Shown in pieces: positions 25,052-36,538 of a DNA stretch of 64,000 nt; within the stretch, counting starts at the first letter, position 1; every line of letters begins with the position of its first letter. The translations under genes were made by a program, and so were the position numbers. The stretch comes from Octopus sinensis (Eukaryota), in NCBI RefSeq assembly GCF_006345805.1, contig NC_043013.1, positions 15,438,001-15,502,000 of the forward strand, in the 5' to 3' direction. The notes under the pieces are model-generated. The model did not search any database. It was not told the origin of the DNA and worked only from the letters and a program-made list of their open reading frames with translations.

Positions 25052-25372
25052 TATGAAGAAGATAGCCTCTATGCAGCATATAAGCTATTGGGAAAGACTC
25101 AAAAAGTTAAGACTCTATTCCTTAGAGTGTAGGCGAGAAAGATATGCCATAATATACATCTGGAAGATCCTGGAAGGACTTGTCCCAAACTTTGGCATTG
25201 AGAGTTACACAAATACTAGAACTGGGCACCAATGCATAGTGCAAAGGGCTCCAAATTTGCCATCAAGATGAAGGACAAGAAACTGCAACAGCCTGGGTTT
25301 TAGAGGTCCACAGCTATTCAATATCCTCCCCAAGGACCTGAGAGACCTTCATGGGATGGATGCGATGTCTTC
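25052..25372 (+). mobile_element. Same CR1/L2-type 3' fragment in opposite orientation, cut by the assembly gap
   Basis: ORF 25053-25271 (YWERLKKLRLYSLECRRERYAIIYIWKILEGLVPNFG); near-identical to the reverse complement of 15810-16130. Confidence 0.8.
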
Positions 25373-25472
25373 NNNNNNNNNNNNNNNNNNNNNNNNNNNN
25401 NNNNNNNNNNNNNNNNNNNNNNNNNNNNNNNNNNNNNNNNNNNNNNNNNNNNNNNNNNNNNNNNNNNNNNNN
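25373..25472. other. Assembly gap (100 N)
   Basis: Run of N; exactly 100 N usually marks a gap of unknown size. Confidence 0.97.
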
Positions 25473-26201
25473 GGGGGTTTGGATAATTTTCCTTTGAAAA
25501 CAGGTCGTTCGTTCAACATCCTTAAGCAACCCTTATTCAGGGACCTTTTGAGCGGGATGGGCTACTCGACCCGAAGAAAATTCTAACTGGGTCTCACCTG
25601 GAAGGTCATGCGCTGTTTATGTCGCGCACATATGGTCGTGATGAATGTGTCTGGTGTATCCTTATCAGACAGGTAGCCATGATGGGTATACTGGACTTCC
25701 GTATATTTTACCCCAGTGTCACTTTGGTGGCATGCACTGCTCTCTTACTCAATAATGATAATAATAAGATCGTTTCGTCCGAGATAAATTCTCATATACA
25801 CATTCTGTATTACAAACACAACATGTATCAAATGGATGCGGTAAATCGTCCCGCTAATGACTGCGATTGCCCATCACTGACAAGGCGCAACAAAGCCGAA
25901 ATGCCTCTAGCATTTTCGCTAGCTGCTGCCGGGATGATTTCTCATCACCCTCCGATGTGTGTATGTATGTATGTATGTATGTATGTATGTATGTATGTAT
26001 GTATGTATGTATGTATGCATGTATGTATGTATGTATGTATGTATGGATGGATGGATGGATGTGTGTGTATGCGTGTATGTATGTATGTATGCATGTATGT
26101 ATGTATGTATGCATATTGTAGCAAGACGGATTCTTCAAGCCACCCGTTTGGAAACCTAGGGTACGAGATCGTTGGATAATATCCACAGTATTAGTTGAAC
26201 T

Positions 26202-26645
26202 GAACAGAGTTCAGAATCCCCAAGGACATACTCTATGGAGAGCTTGCTAGGGGTACTAGGTCTGTGGGTAGACCGCTCTTACGTTACAAGGATGTTTGCA
26301 AAAGGGACATGAAGGCCTGCAACATCAATATTAGCGGTTGGGAGGCAGTTGCCGGCAACCGTGGAGACTGGCGACGTACCGTAAAAGAGGGAACACAAAG
26401 AGTGTCACAGAGAGAGAGAAGAGAAATGGAAAGACAAGAAAAGACGTCAACAAGAAACTATGGCATTACAACCAGCGAGGAACAGTCTTCGCTACATTTG
26501 CGGTACCTGCTAGAGGGAGTGTTTGTCCAGGATAGGACTACACAGCCACAGCAGGAAATGTATCAGGACATGAAATGTAAAAGCCGGACTAGACTACTTT
26601 ATGCGCAACTCCACTGTCTCCCGAGACAAAAAGGATGCCAACCAA
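26202..26645 (+). mobile_element. 5'-truncated RTE-clade LINE with 13-bp TSD
   Basis: RIPKDILYGEL..GRPLLRYKDVCKRDMK and a decayed C2H2-like end (CGTC..RIGLHSHSRKC). TSD TATTAGTTGAACT at 26189-26201 and 26646-26658. Confidence 0.85.
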
Positions 26646-27263
26646 TATTAGTTGAACTAGCTTGTGGATCCAGTGGAAAAGTTTAATGACGGTTACTTCT
26701 GGAAGGACCTTGTGGAGGAGATACTTAAAGGGTTTAACCTCACGATCCTCTCAGAAATTATTGGCAGAAAAGATGGATGGATGGGTGGATATATATTGTG
26801 TTTTTAACACAGCACATCTAAAGGATTTTATTCCCGGACGAAAACCGCAACATCTTGCCTCTCAACGGTGTATGTACATTAAATGTGATACATAGATGGC
26901 TTTATCAGTAATAACCATTTCCGTATTAAATCTCGGAGCGATACAGAAAGATACAAGCAAACGTTAAACAAGAAACAGGGTGTTTAGGGACATGTGTGGG
27001 TTAAGATGGAGAAGATATACGAAGGAAAGGAAAAGGACACGTTATGCATTACTTAATGGAACTCTCTAGAAACAATTAAGTCCTGTGTTGGTTTTGTTTT
27101 TCAACTTATTTTTATTTTTTTCTAAATCAGAGAAATCTTTTCTGTTACATATTTAATAGATAATTGTCATATCGTGCACAAAACGGATTGCTGTGTGTGC
27201 GCGTGTGTATGTGTATGTTTGTGTGATCTCCACAAGAGTGAAAGATGGAACTCAATGCTACGT

Positions 27264-28340
27264 AGAAGAAGAAGAAGAATAAGAAGAAGAAGAGGAAGAA
27301 AAAGAAGTCGAAGAAGAATAAGAAGAAGAAGAAAAAGAAGACGAAGAAGAAGACGAAGAAGAAGACGAAGAAGAAGAAAGAGAAGAAGAAAAAGAAGAAA
27401 AGAAGAAGAGGAAAAATAAGAAGAAGAAGAAGAAGAAGAAAGGAAGAAAAAGAAGAAGACGAAGAAGAATAATAATAAGAAAATGAAGAAGACAAAGAAG
27501 AAGAAGAAAAAGAAGAAGAAGAAGAAAAAGAAGAAGAAAAAGAAGAAGAAGAAGAAGACGAAGAAGAAGTAGAAGAAAAAGAAGAAGACGAAGAAGGAGA
27601 AGAAGAAGAAGGAGGAGGAGAAGAAGAAGAAGAAAAAGAAGAAGAAGACGAATAATAATAATAATAATAATAAGAAGAAGAAGAAGAAGAAGAAAAAGAA
27701 GACGAAGAAGGAGAAGAAGAAGGAAAAGAAGAAGAAGGAGAAAAAGAAGAAGAAGAAGAAGAAAAAGAAAAAGAAGAAGAAGACGAAGAAGGAGAAGAAG
27801 AAGGAGGAGAGGAAGAAGAAGAAAAAGAAGAAGACAAAGAAGAAGAAGAAAAAGAAGAATAAGAAGACGAAGAAGAAGAAGGAAGAGGAGGAGGAGGAGG
27901 AGAAGAAGAAGGAGGAGAAGAAGAAGAAAAAGAAGAAGAAGAAGAAGAAGACGAAGAAGAAGAAGAAGAAGAAAAAGAAGAAGACGAAGAAGGAGAAGAA
28001 GGAGGAGAAGAAGAAGAAGAAAAAGAAGACAAGAAGGAGAAAAAGAAGATAAGGACGAAGAAGCGAGGAGAGGAGGAGAGGAGAAGAAGAAGAAGAAGAA
28101 GAAGAAGAAAAAGAAGAAGAAGAAGAAAAGAAGGAGAAGAAAGAAAAAAAAGAAGACGAAGAAGGAGAAGGAGAAGAAAAAGAAGAAGAAAAAAGAAGAC
28201 GAAGGAGAAGACGAAGGAGAAGAAGAAGGAGGAGAAGAAGAAGGAGAAGAAGAAGAAAAAGAAGAAGGAAGAAGAAGAGGAAGAAGAAGAGAAGAAGAAG
28301 AAGAAGAAGAAGAAGAAAAGGAAGAAGTCGAACAAGAAGT
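27264..28340 (+). repeat. About 1.1-kb interrupted (GAA)n-type polypurine tract in the first visible ACE intron
   Basis: Mixed GAA/GGA/GAC/AAA triplets, almost no pyrimidines. Confidence 0.95.
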
Positions 28341-28704
28341 AGTAGAAGGCCCAGTAAATCACCACGTGAGAAAATAAAAGCCCAAATGAAAACAGCTTTT
28401 GCTTTGTCAAGGGAAAGGTTATTAGAAAAGTAGAATGGTGCAATCCTGTGTCTATCCTAAGAAATATTCTTTAGATATAATAAGGAAATTTGTTGTCACC
28501 AAACCTCTTGAAAACACCCCTGCTAACTAATAAAGAATGTCATAGTTATAGGAGGATGATGATATTAATAATGATGATGATGATGATTACGATGGTGATG
28601 ATGTGTTTTACTTATTAATTATCCTGCTTCTCCTCCTCCTATTCCTCCTCTTATTCCTCTTCATTATCATTCTTCTTCTTCTTCTTCTTCTTCTTCTTCT
28701 TCTT

Positions 28705-28779
<75 letters not shown>

Positions 28780-28780
28780 T

Positions 28781-29267
28781 ATTCGGTAATCTTATTTTTA
28801 TCACGTGCTTTCACTGCACGACCGAGCGCAGCTCTGTGTGTCTTGGGTACGTGCTGTAGTTTGTTGCAATGCTCTTATTTTTACTGTATTGAAAGTGTTT
28901 TACGTAGGATGTGTACGGTGCTTAGTAGTGCTATTTTCTGTATGTTATATATATTTGTTAGCCCTAATGTTTTTGTTATGTATTTGTCTGAATATTTTTT
29001 TTATCATACCTAATGCGCCTATTATAATAGGGGTTGTTTCTCTTTTTAGACTCCACATTCGAGTTACCTCTATTTTCAGGCTTTTGTATTTTGAAAGTTT
29101 CTCAATTTCTTTTAGAGAAACGTTGTCATCTGTTGGTATTGATACATCAATTAGAAAGCATTTTTTTTCTTGATGATCTCTGACAACTATATCCGGCCTA
29201 TTGGCCTTAATTTCTCTATTAGTATGTTTTGGTAAATCCCATTGTATGGTTGCTTTCTCATTTTCAA
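28781..29267 (-). mobile_element. 3' fragment of RLE-endonuclease non-LTR retrotransposon (R4/Dong/NeSL-like)
   Basis: ORF 28945-29292: WD...NRPDIVVRDHQEKKCFLIDVSIP...KLSKY...PIIIGALG (PD-D/ExK restriction-like endonuclease). Both ends abut (TAA)n. Confidence 0.85.
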
Positions 29268-29920
29268 TTATTATTATTGAGTGAGAGAGCAATGCATGTC
29301 ATCAAAGTGACACTAGGGTGCAAATATACGAAACCCAACATACCCATCATGACTTCCTGTCTGATAAGGGTACACCAGGTATATGCATCTCAACCATATG
29401 TGCGCATGACCTTGCAGGTGAGGCCCAGTTAGAATTTTCTTCAGGTTGAGTAGCCCATCCTGTTCAAAAGGTCCCTGAATGAATGTTGTTTAAGGATGAT
29501 GAACGAAACACCCATGTTTCCAGAGGTAAATTATTCAAACCTCAAAGAATTCCTCTGACCCACTAATAGTCGTGCTCAACGAATTAAGGTCAAGCAAGTA
29601 ACAAGTAAATCTGTGATGTTGCGCAGGATATTTGTTGTAGCCCATCTTTTACACCAAGACAAAACATGTACATGACAACATGATCAGAAGTCATGAGAGC
29701 CAGTGCCTAGTACTACTATTATTATTATTTAGGCCGCGAGCTAGCAGAATCGTTGGCACGCCGGGCAGAATGCTCGGCAGATATTCGCCCGTTCCTACGT
29801 CCTGAGTTCAAATTCTGCCGGGGTCGATAAATTAAGTACCAGTTACGCACTGGGGTTGATGTAATCAACTAGTCCCCTCCCCCAAAATTTCAGGCCTTGT
29901 ATCTATTGTGGAAAGGATTA

Positions 29921-29972
<52 letters not shown>

Positions 29973-29980
29973 CATTATTA

Positions 29981-30530
29981 TTGAGTGAGAGAGCAGTGAA
30001 TGCCATCAAAGTGACACTGGAGTAAAATATACGAAACCCAATATACCCATCATGACTACCCGTCTGATAAGGGTACACTAGGCACATGCATCACAACCAT
30101 ATGTGCGTGACATGGTGATCTCATATCAAGATAAACAGCGCATGACCTTGCAGGTGGGGCCCAGTTAGAATTTTCTTCAGGTTGAGTAGCCCATCCCGCT
30201 CAAAAGGTCCCTGAATAAGGGTTGTTTAAGGATGTTGAAAGAACCACCCATGTTTCCAGAGGTGAATTATTCAAACCCCAAAGAATCCCTCTCAACACAT
30301 GGCTATGATGCTCTCCCACTACTTCTGCTCGCGATCAGAGATGCACATATCGTCAGCCACTAAGCGACATGCTCAACTGGTTAAGGTCAAACAACTGACA
30401 AGCAAATCTGTGGTATTGAGCAGAATATTTGCTGTAGCCCATCTTTTATACCAAGACAAAACAATGTACATGATAACACTTCCAATCAGTTAAGATCAGA
30501 AGCCATGAGAGCCACTGCCTGGTACTGCAT
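29981..30530. repeat. 550-bp dispersed element embedded in (TAA)n/(ATT)n (copies at 63333-63851, 29277-29715; partial at 12581-12702, 11038-11138, 25490-25750)
   Basis: High identity between copies; TG...CA termini; flanked by ATT repeats. Confidence 0.85.
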
Positions 30531-30789
30531 TATTATTATTATTATTATTATTATCATAATAAAGGCAGCGAGCTGGCAGAATCCTTAGCATGCCGGGCAA
30601 AATGCTTAGCAGCATTTCGCCCGTCATTACGTTCTGAGTTCAAATTCTGTCGAGGTCGACTTTGCTTTTATCCTTTCGGGGTCGATGAAATTAATACTAG
30701 TTACACAATGGGCTCGATGTGATCCCCCCAAAATTCCAGATCTTGTGTCTATAGTAGAAAAGATTATTATTATTATTATTACTTCTTAC

Positions 30790-30975
30790 CTTCGTTTTCT
30801 TGTTGTTGTCATTGAGATCAACTTCATAGCCCCACTGTTTTGTCGTCACTCTGTTAATCACATGTTGATATTCCTGGGCGTAATCTTCTAACCAGTTTTC
30901 AGGGGTCAAAGAAAGGGTCATGCAGATTAGCAAGATCGAAACGGTGGCTTTCAGGTAATATTTCGGATACGGCAT
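30790..30975 (-). CDS. ACE: ACE visible exon 1: signal peptide plus N-terminal lid helix (MPYPKYYLKATVSILLICMTLSLTPENWLEDY...NKKTK)
   Basis: ATG at 30975, hydrophobic leader, W-x-Y motif typical of the first ACE helix, donor AAG|GTAAGA, phase 0. Confidence 0.85.
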
Positions 30976-31104
30976 GATGACTATTACACCGTAAAAGTTA
31001 ATTATTAGTGTGGCTCAATAGTCGAGCTACAGTCATACACATACACACAGGTACACACACAGTGGTAAAGTGTGTTTTGGTATAAAATTCTTTAAAAACT
31101 GAAC

Positions 31105-31166
31105 AACACCTGAGTGTAATGCGTGCGCGCTGACACTAGCACGTGTCTACTTATGTTACACGTCAC
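31105..31166 (-). promoter_or_regulatory. Possible proximal promoter motifs upstream of ACE (E-boxes CACGTG and CAGGTG, CRE-like TGACGTG)
   Basis: Motifs at 31140-31145, 31107-31112 and 31159-31165, within 200 nt of the ATG in non-repetitive sequence. Short motifs only; no TSS evidence. Confidence 0.2.
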
Positions 31167-31589
31167 TTTTTTATTGCATGAGTGTGCTTGTATGTATGTA
31201 TGTATCAATATGTGTATATCAATATGTGTATGTATATGTATATGTATATGTATGTATGCGACTATGGATGTATTTTGTGGGTATTTGCGGTAGCACGCGT
31301 ATGTATGTTTGTGTCAGTTTCTGTTCTATATATGTGTGCACATATGCATGTATGTGTTCGTATGTGAGTGTGTGTGTTTGTGGATACATACATACAAATA
31401 TACATACATACACACATACATACATACAGACACAGACGTATGTGTATGTACACATGTCGATATATGTATATATATATATATAAATGTATATATATATGTA
31501 TTTATACATATATATATACATACATAAAAATATATGTATATATATACATACACATATATATATATATGTATATATATATACACACACAC

Positions 31590-31621
<32 letters not shown>

Positions 31622-32169
31622 ACATATATATACATACATACATACATACATGCATACATACATGCATACATACATACATACATGTATGTATGTCACACAT
31701 ACACGCATAAAAACACACACACATCACACACCCACACTCACTCACTCACTCACACATACTCATTATCACGTGTATATCTTTCGCTCTCTCTCTCTCTCTC
31801 TCAGTATTTCCTGTTAAACCTCCCCCCTTCACACATCCATTAATCTTCCTCGAACTCTCACCTTTCTTCATACATTATCTCCAGCCCCCCCACCACACCC
31901 GTCTTTCTCATCTTCACCTATTCACTCACACTCACTCCTCACTCACTAGGTCTTTCCTCATCTTCCTTTTTTTCTTTCTTACACTTTCAGTCTCTTACAC
32001 CACTCTCTCCTACTCCCCACTTCTCTCTCTACCTCCCTGTCGTCCTCCACTCTCGCTCCCACTGTCTCTCTCTTATTCGCCTTCGCTCTCTCTTACTTTC
32101 ATTACGTCTATAACACTCCATTTCCCTTCTTCAAACTTATCTACCATCTTCCTTCTCTTGTTGAACTCC

Positions 32170-32390
32170 TCTTACATCTTACCCTCCCCTCTTATATCTC
32201 CCCTCCCCCTTTTATATCTTACTCTCCCCTCTTATATCTCACCGCCTCTCTTATATCTTACCCTCCCACTCTTATACCTTACTCTCCCCTCTTATATCTT
32301 ACTCTCCCCTCTTATATCTTACTCTCCTCCTCTTATATCTTACTCTCCCCTCTTATATCTTAACCTCCTCCTCTTATATCTTGCCCTCCT
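32170..32390. repeat. About 20-bp pyrimidine-rich minisatellite (CTTATATCTTACTCTCCCCT) upstream of ACE
   Basis: About 9-10 imperfect units. Confidence 0.8.
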
Positions 32391-32518
32391 CCTCCCCCTC
32401 ACCGCTGATTCTGTCTGCACACAAAAACATGCACATCTACACGTGCGCACTTTACATGCCCTCACATATCAACTCATTCGGTCATATTGCAGATTTGAAT
32501 ATATAGACATATGGAATA

Positions 32519-32551
<33 letters not shown>

Positions 32552-32557
32552 TATTGG

Positions 32558-32932
32558 TAGCACACCGTCGGTTACGACGACGAGGGTTCCGTTGATCCGA
32601 ATCAATGGAACAGCCTGCTCGTGAAATTAACGTGTAAGTGGCTGAGCACTCCACAGACACGTGTACCCTTAACGTAGTTCTCGGGGATATTCAGCGTGAC
32701 ACAGAGAGTGACAAGGCCGGCCCTTTGAAATACAGGTACAACAGAAACAGGAAGTAAGAGTGAGAGAAAGTTGTGGTTGAAAGGTACCGCAGGGATCACC
32801 ACCATCCCCTGCCAGAGCCTCGTGGAGCTTTAGGTGTTTTCGCTCAATAAACACTCACAACGCCCGGTCTGGGAATCGAAACCGCGATCCTATGACCGCG
32901 AGTCCGCTGCCCTAACCACTGGGCCATTGCGC

Positions 32933-32935
<3 letters not shown>
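32558..32935 (-). mobile_element. SINE family B full copy (others at 38558-38997; partial at 14270-14375, 36100-36190, 46203-46445, 51748-51858)
   Basis: Near-identical reverse complement of 45466-45847. Confidence 0.9.
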
Positions 32936-32980
<45 letters not shown>

Positions 32981-32988
32981 TATTATAT

Positions 32989-33020
<32 letters not shown>

Positions 33021-33038
33021 TGTGTGTTGTGTGTGTGT

Positions 33039-33069
<31 letters not shown>

Positions 33070-33075
<6 letters not shown>

Positions 33076-33366
33076 TACAAAATGGGACAAGAACGCAAAA
33101 CATTCAAATAGACGATACAAAAAACACGGACGGGACATTCGAAGCCTTCAACCTTCAGTCAAGAACCGGATCATCCTCACAATTTCGGCTGAATAATCTT
33201 GAGATTGCTCCTATCTGGCCAACCTCAACGAAAAACTAAGCTACGAGCATTAGATTTCTTGGAAAAAGGATCGAATGTATACGAAGCAAGGACAGAAAAA
33301 CGAACGATGTTACACGAATATAAATACAAAAAAACACAAAAATAATACGAATATAAATACAAAAAA

Positions 33367-33375
<9 letters not shown>
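33070..33375. repeat. About 300-bp dispersed repeat between (TA)n/(TG)n tracts (copies at 59630-59930, partial 5890-6020)
   Basis: Shared AAAATACAAAATGGGACAAGAACGCAAAACATTCAAATAGACG..TTCAGTCAAGAACCGGATCATCCTC. Confidence 0.75.
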
Positions 33376-33421
<46 letters not shown>

Positions 33422-33424
<3 letters not shown>

Positions 33425-34278
33425 GTGAGGTGAATAAACTGTCGTCTAAATTACGCAGATATGAAAATAACACTGACATTTTAACAGATATATTTACCAT
33501 AATTACATAAAATTATCTTGAAATACAAAAGAATAAATTTATTCAATAAAATCGACATTGGCTTCAACCACGGCCTCCTGCAACTCTTCTGGATGGTCTT
33601 GTTTAAGTTGCTGAATGCTGTCATAATCCTTGCCTTCAGTTCATCTTGGTGTTACAAGGAGTTTTGTTGGTCTCTCGTTCAACTGCTCCCCATACATAAT
33701 AATCAAGGGGGGATGCAGTCTGGGGAGTTAGGTGATCAGATGTTAGGGGTGATGTGGTCCCAGAAATTGTCTGACAGTCACGACTGGGATCTTCTGCTTC
33801 TGTGGCATGGTGCTGAGTCCTGTTGCCAGACATAGGGTCTTCCAGCAGCCACTCTCTTGACCCAGGACAACACTACCTCCTCCAGGCACTTGACGTAGTC
33901 CTCCGTGTTGAGTCTGAGGCCGTGTGGGAAGATGAATGGAGACATAACGTCGCCATCACTAGTGATCACTCGTAACATCATGATGTTGATTGAATGTTTG
34001 ATTACCACTCTTGGTACATGTCCTCAGATTGCGCTGTCCTCAGATGGACACCCAAACACTCTGAAATGTTCGTATTGGAGCTTCCGGCTCGAACGCCAAG
34101 CAGTACAGCTTGTCTTTTTCAAATTTCCGGCAAAGTGAATTGCATTATGGTGCTGTTTTCTCACAGACGGTGCCCAACTGACCCTACTATACTGTGTAGT
34201 TGACAAAATCAAAAACAAACAATACGCATGCATGACATTAAAAATATAAAATGGCGACAATTTGCCAATCGTACCCTT
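33422..34278 (-). mobile_element. Internally deleted DD37D transposon, same family as 4562-5805
   Basis: PFIFPHGLRLNTEDY..YVWQQDSAPCH, PLDYYVWGAVE; TIR-like ends with flanking TA. Confidence 0.85.
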
Positions 34279-34477
34279 TATATAAATACGCACACACACA
34301 CACGCACACAAACACACACACACACACCACACACCACACACACACACCACACACACACATGTATATATATATAATTAATTAAAAACTGAGAAAAAGACAA
34401 GAAAAAACAGCAACAATGTGAGGACGTAGCACATGCAAAGTATTAATAAGGCGTTCGGAGAAGGAAAAGAGTAGTTG

Positions 34478-34510
34478 TTTTACGTTTCGAGCATAGCTCT
34501 TCTTCGGAAA
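34478..34510 (-). ncRNA. Degenerate minimal hammerhead motif
   Basis: TTT-CCGAAGA-A-GAGC-TAT-GCTC-GAAA-CG-TA-AAA; one core change (CUGA to CCGA). Confidence 0.5.
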
Positions 34511-35095
34511 CAGGAAAAAACAGAAGTCTAAAGGAAAAGGAAGGAGGAAAAAATTGCCAATAGTCCAAGTGTAGTTGTATTTTGAAGTAACCGGAAGTAG
34601 AAGTTGTGAATGTGGGTATGGGTGATGGCGTGGAGGAGGAAAAGGAAGGAGATTGGAAGGAGAACTGAAGTAAAGTCGAAGGAAGAGAAGTGAAGTGAAG
34701 AGTCACGGACAAATTATAATGACTCACAATCAAAGGTGCAGAATTGGCGTACTCCGAATGAATAAGATGATGTAAGCTAATGGTCGAGAGAAACCCAGGA
34801 ATTAGGTACTCCAAAACAATCGGGAGGACGTGGGGTCTGTGTGAGCGTGCCGTAAATAGTTAAATGAAGCAACTACTCTTTTCCTTCTCCGAGCGTTTTA
34901 TTGATACTTTGCATGTGCTACGTCTTCACATTGTTGTTGTTCTTTTCTTGTCTTGTTCTCCGTTTTTTTAATTAACTATTTACTACACGCACACAAGAAC
35001 TCCGCGTCCTTCCGACTGTTTTGGAGTACCTAATTCCTGGATTTTTCTCTGTCATAGGATTACGTCACCTCATTCATTTTTGCATTTTGATTGTA

Positions 35096-35127
<32 letters not shown>

Positions 35128-35153
35128 TATATATATATATATATATATATATC

Positions 35154-35232
35154 AGCTAGCGGGACTAGCTACCCTGGACTGATGACGGGCAAGACCCAGA
35201 AACATGCATGTCTTCAGACTGATAGTCCTAGC
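35154..35232 (+). ncRNA. Type I hammerhead ribozyme motif with extended stem I
   Basis: CTGGA-CTGATGA-C-GGG-CAAGA-CCC-A-GAAAC-ATGCAT-GTC-TTCAG. GUC cleavage triplet ends at 35212. Outer pairing AGCTAG..GGACTA with TAGTCC-TAGCT. Confidence 0.7.
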
Positions 35233-35383
35233 TGGTAGGGGTGCTTGCCTCCCCTTTGCAAATATAAGGACACAGGAAATGTCTCAAAGCCGACAGGAAG
35301 CATCGATGCTTCCTAGGGCTATATAGCGGTGGTGTAATTCCCTCTACGGAACTGTCACGTTATGTTGACATTATACAACCACT

Positions 35384-35488
<105 letters not shown>

Positions 35489-35648
35489 TGTATGTATGTT
35501 GTATGTATGTACGTACGTACGTATGTTTGTATGTATGTATGTATGTATGTATGCATGTATATATGCGAGATCTAATCCAAATAATCTCACCTAGTGTGAT
35601 AATGGAATAAAACGAAACAGCATCAAGAGAAGAGAAAGCAAGATAAAA

Positions 35649-35684
<36 letters not shown>

Positions 35685-36324
35685 AAATAAATAAAGAAGG
35701 CAAGTCGTAAAGAGCAGCAACAACAGAACTATGACAACGCCGAAACATGCCGATTTTAATTGCTCCATATATTGTGACCTTCTATACCTGTATGAATTAT
35801 AGAGTAACATTCTTTTTCCCTAGAACATATTGTTCAGCCATATCAACGGTTTAATAAGCTGGACAATAGCGTCTACTTGTCGGTGTTGTGAGCTCTCAAA
35901 AGGGAGGTAAATGTCAAGGATGTGCAATGACGTGATGTTTATGGGATGTTTTAGAAATATGGTTTTTCTGAGAAATAAACCAGTTAAACCAGGTACAAAA
36001 TGTGTTTTTAGCATTCTTTTTTAAATAGAAGAAAAAAAAAAATTGTCGGGATTGGAATTTCTACTACTGAGAATGCGTCTGGTTAAGTGGTTAAAGTGGA
36101 GATGCAATGGCCCAGTGGTTAGGGCAGCAGACTCGCAGTCGGAGGATCGCGGTTTCGATTCCCAGACCAGGCGAAAACACCTAAAGCTCCTGTTTCTTGA
36201 GTAAAGCTGCGATGGACTGGCGTCCCGTCCAGCTGGGGGGAACACATACGCCACAGAAACCGGGAAACCGGGCCCATGAGCCTGGCTAGGCTTGAAAAAG
36301 GGCGCATAGATAAAAAAAATAAGT

Positions 36325-36497
36325 GGCGCAGGAGTGGCTGTGTGGTAAGTAGCTTGCTAACCAACCACATGGTTCCGGGTTCAGTCCCACTGCGTGGCAT
36401 CTTGGGCAAGTGTCTTCTGCTATAGCCCCGGGCCGACCAATGCCTTGTGAGTGGATTTGGTAGACGGAAACTGAAAGAAGCCTGTCGTATATATGTG

Positions 36498-36538
<41 letters not shown>

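Larger units (their letters stand above)
6192..30975 (-). other. ACE: ACE-like (peptidase M2) gene locus, single catalytic domain, 10 visible coding exons
   Basis: Ordered minus-strand exons translate to consecutive ACE segments (HAYVRRKL, GNMWAQ, CHASAWDF, HHEMGH, FHEAVGD, PYIRYF, YFKPLEDWL). GT-AG boundaries are phase-compatible; 1487 nt of coding sequence visible. Confidence 0.96.

Noticed and set aside
26662-26810. Protein-like plus-strand frame VDPVEKFNDGYFWKDLVEEILKG...
   Set aside because: Short, no recognisable family, no convincing splice sites, wrong strand for the missing ACE exons.
27145-28443. 432-aa Ser/Phe-rich ORF
   Set aside because: Reverse reading of the GAA tract; intronic and low complexity.
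30505-30530. Resemblance of the 550-bp element end (TACCAGGCAGTGG) to the U1 snRNA 5' end
   Set aside because: Only about 12 nt match; no further U1 stem or Sm-site similarity.
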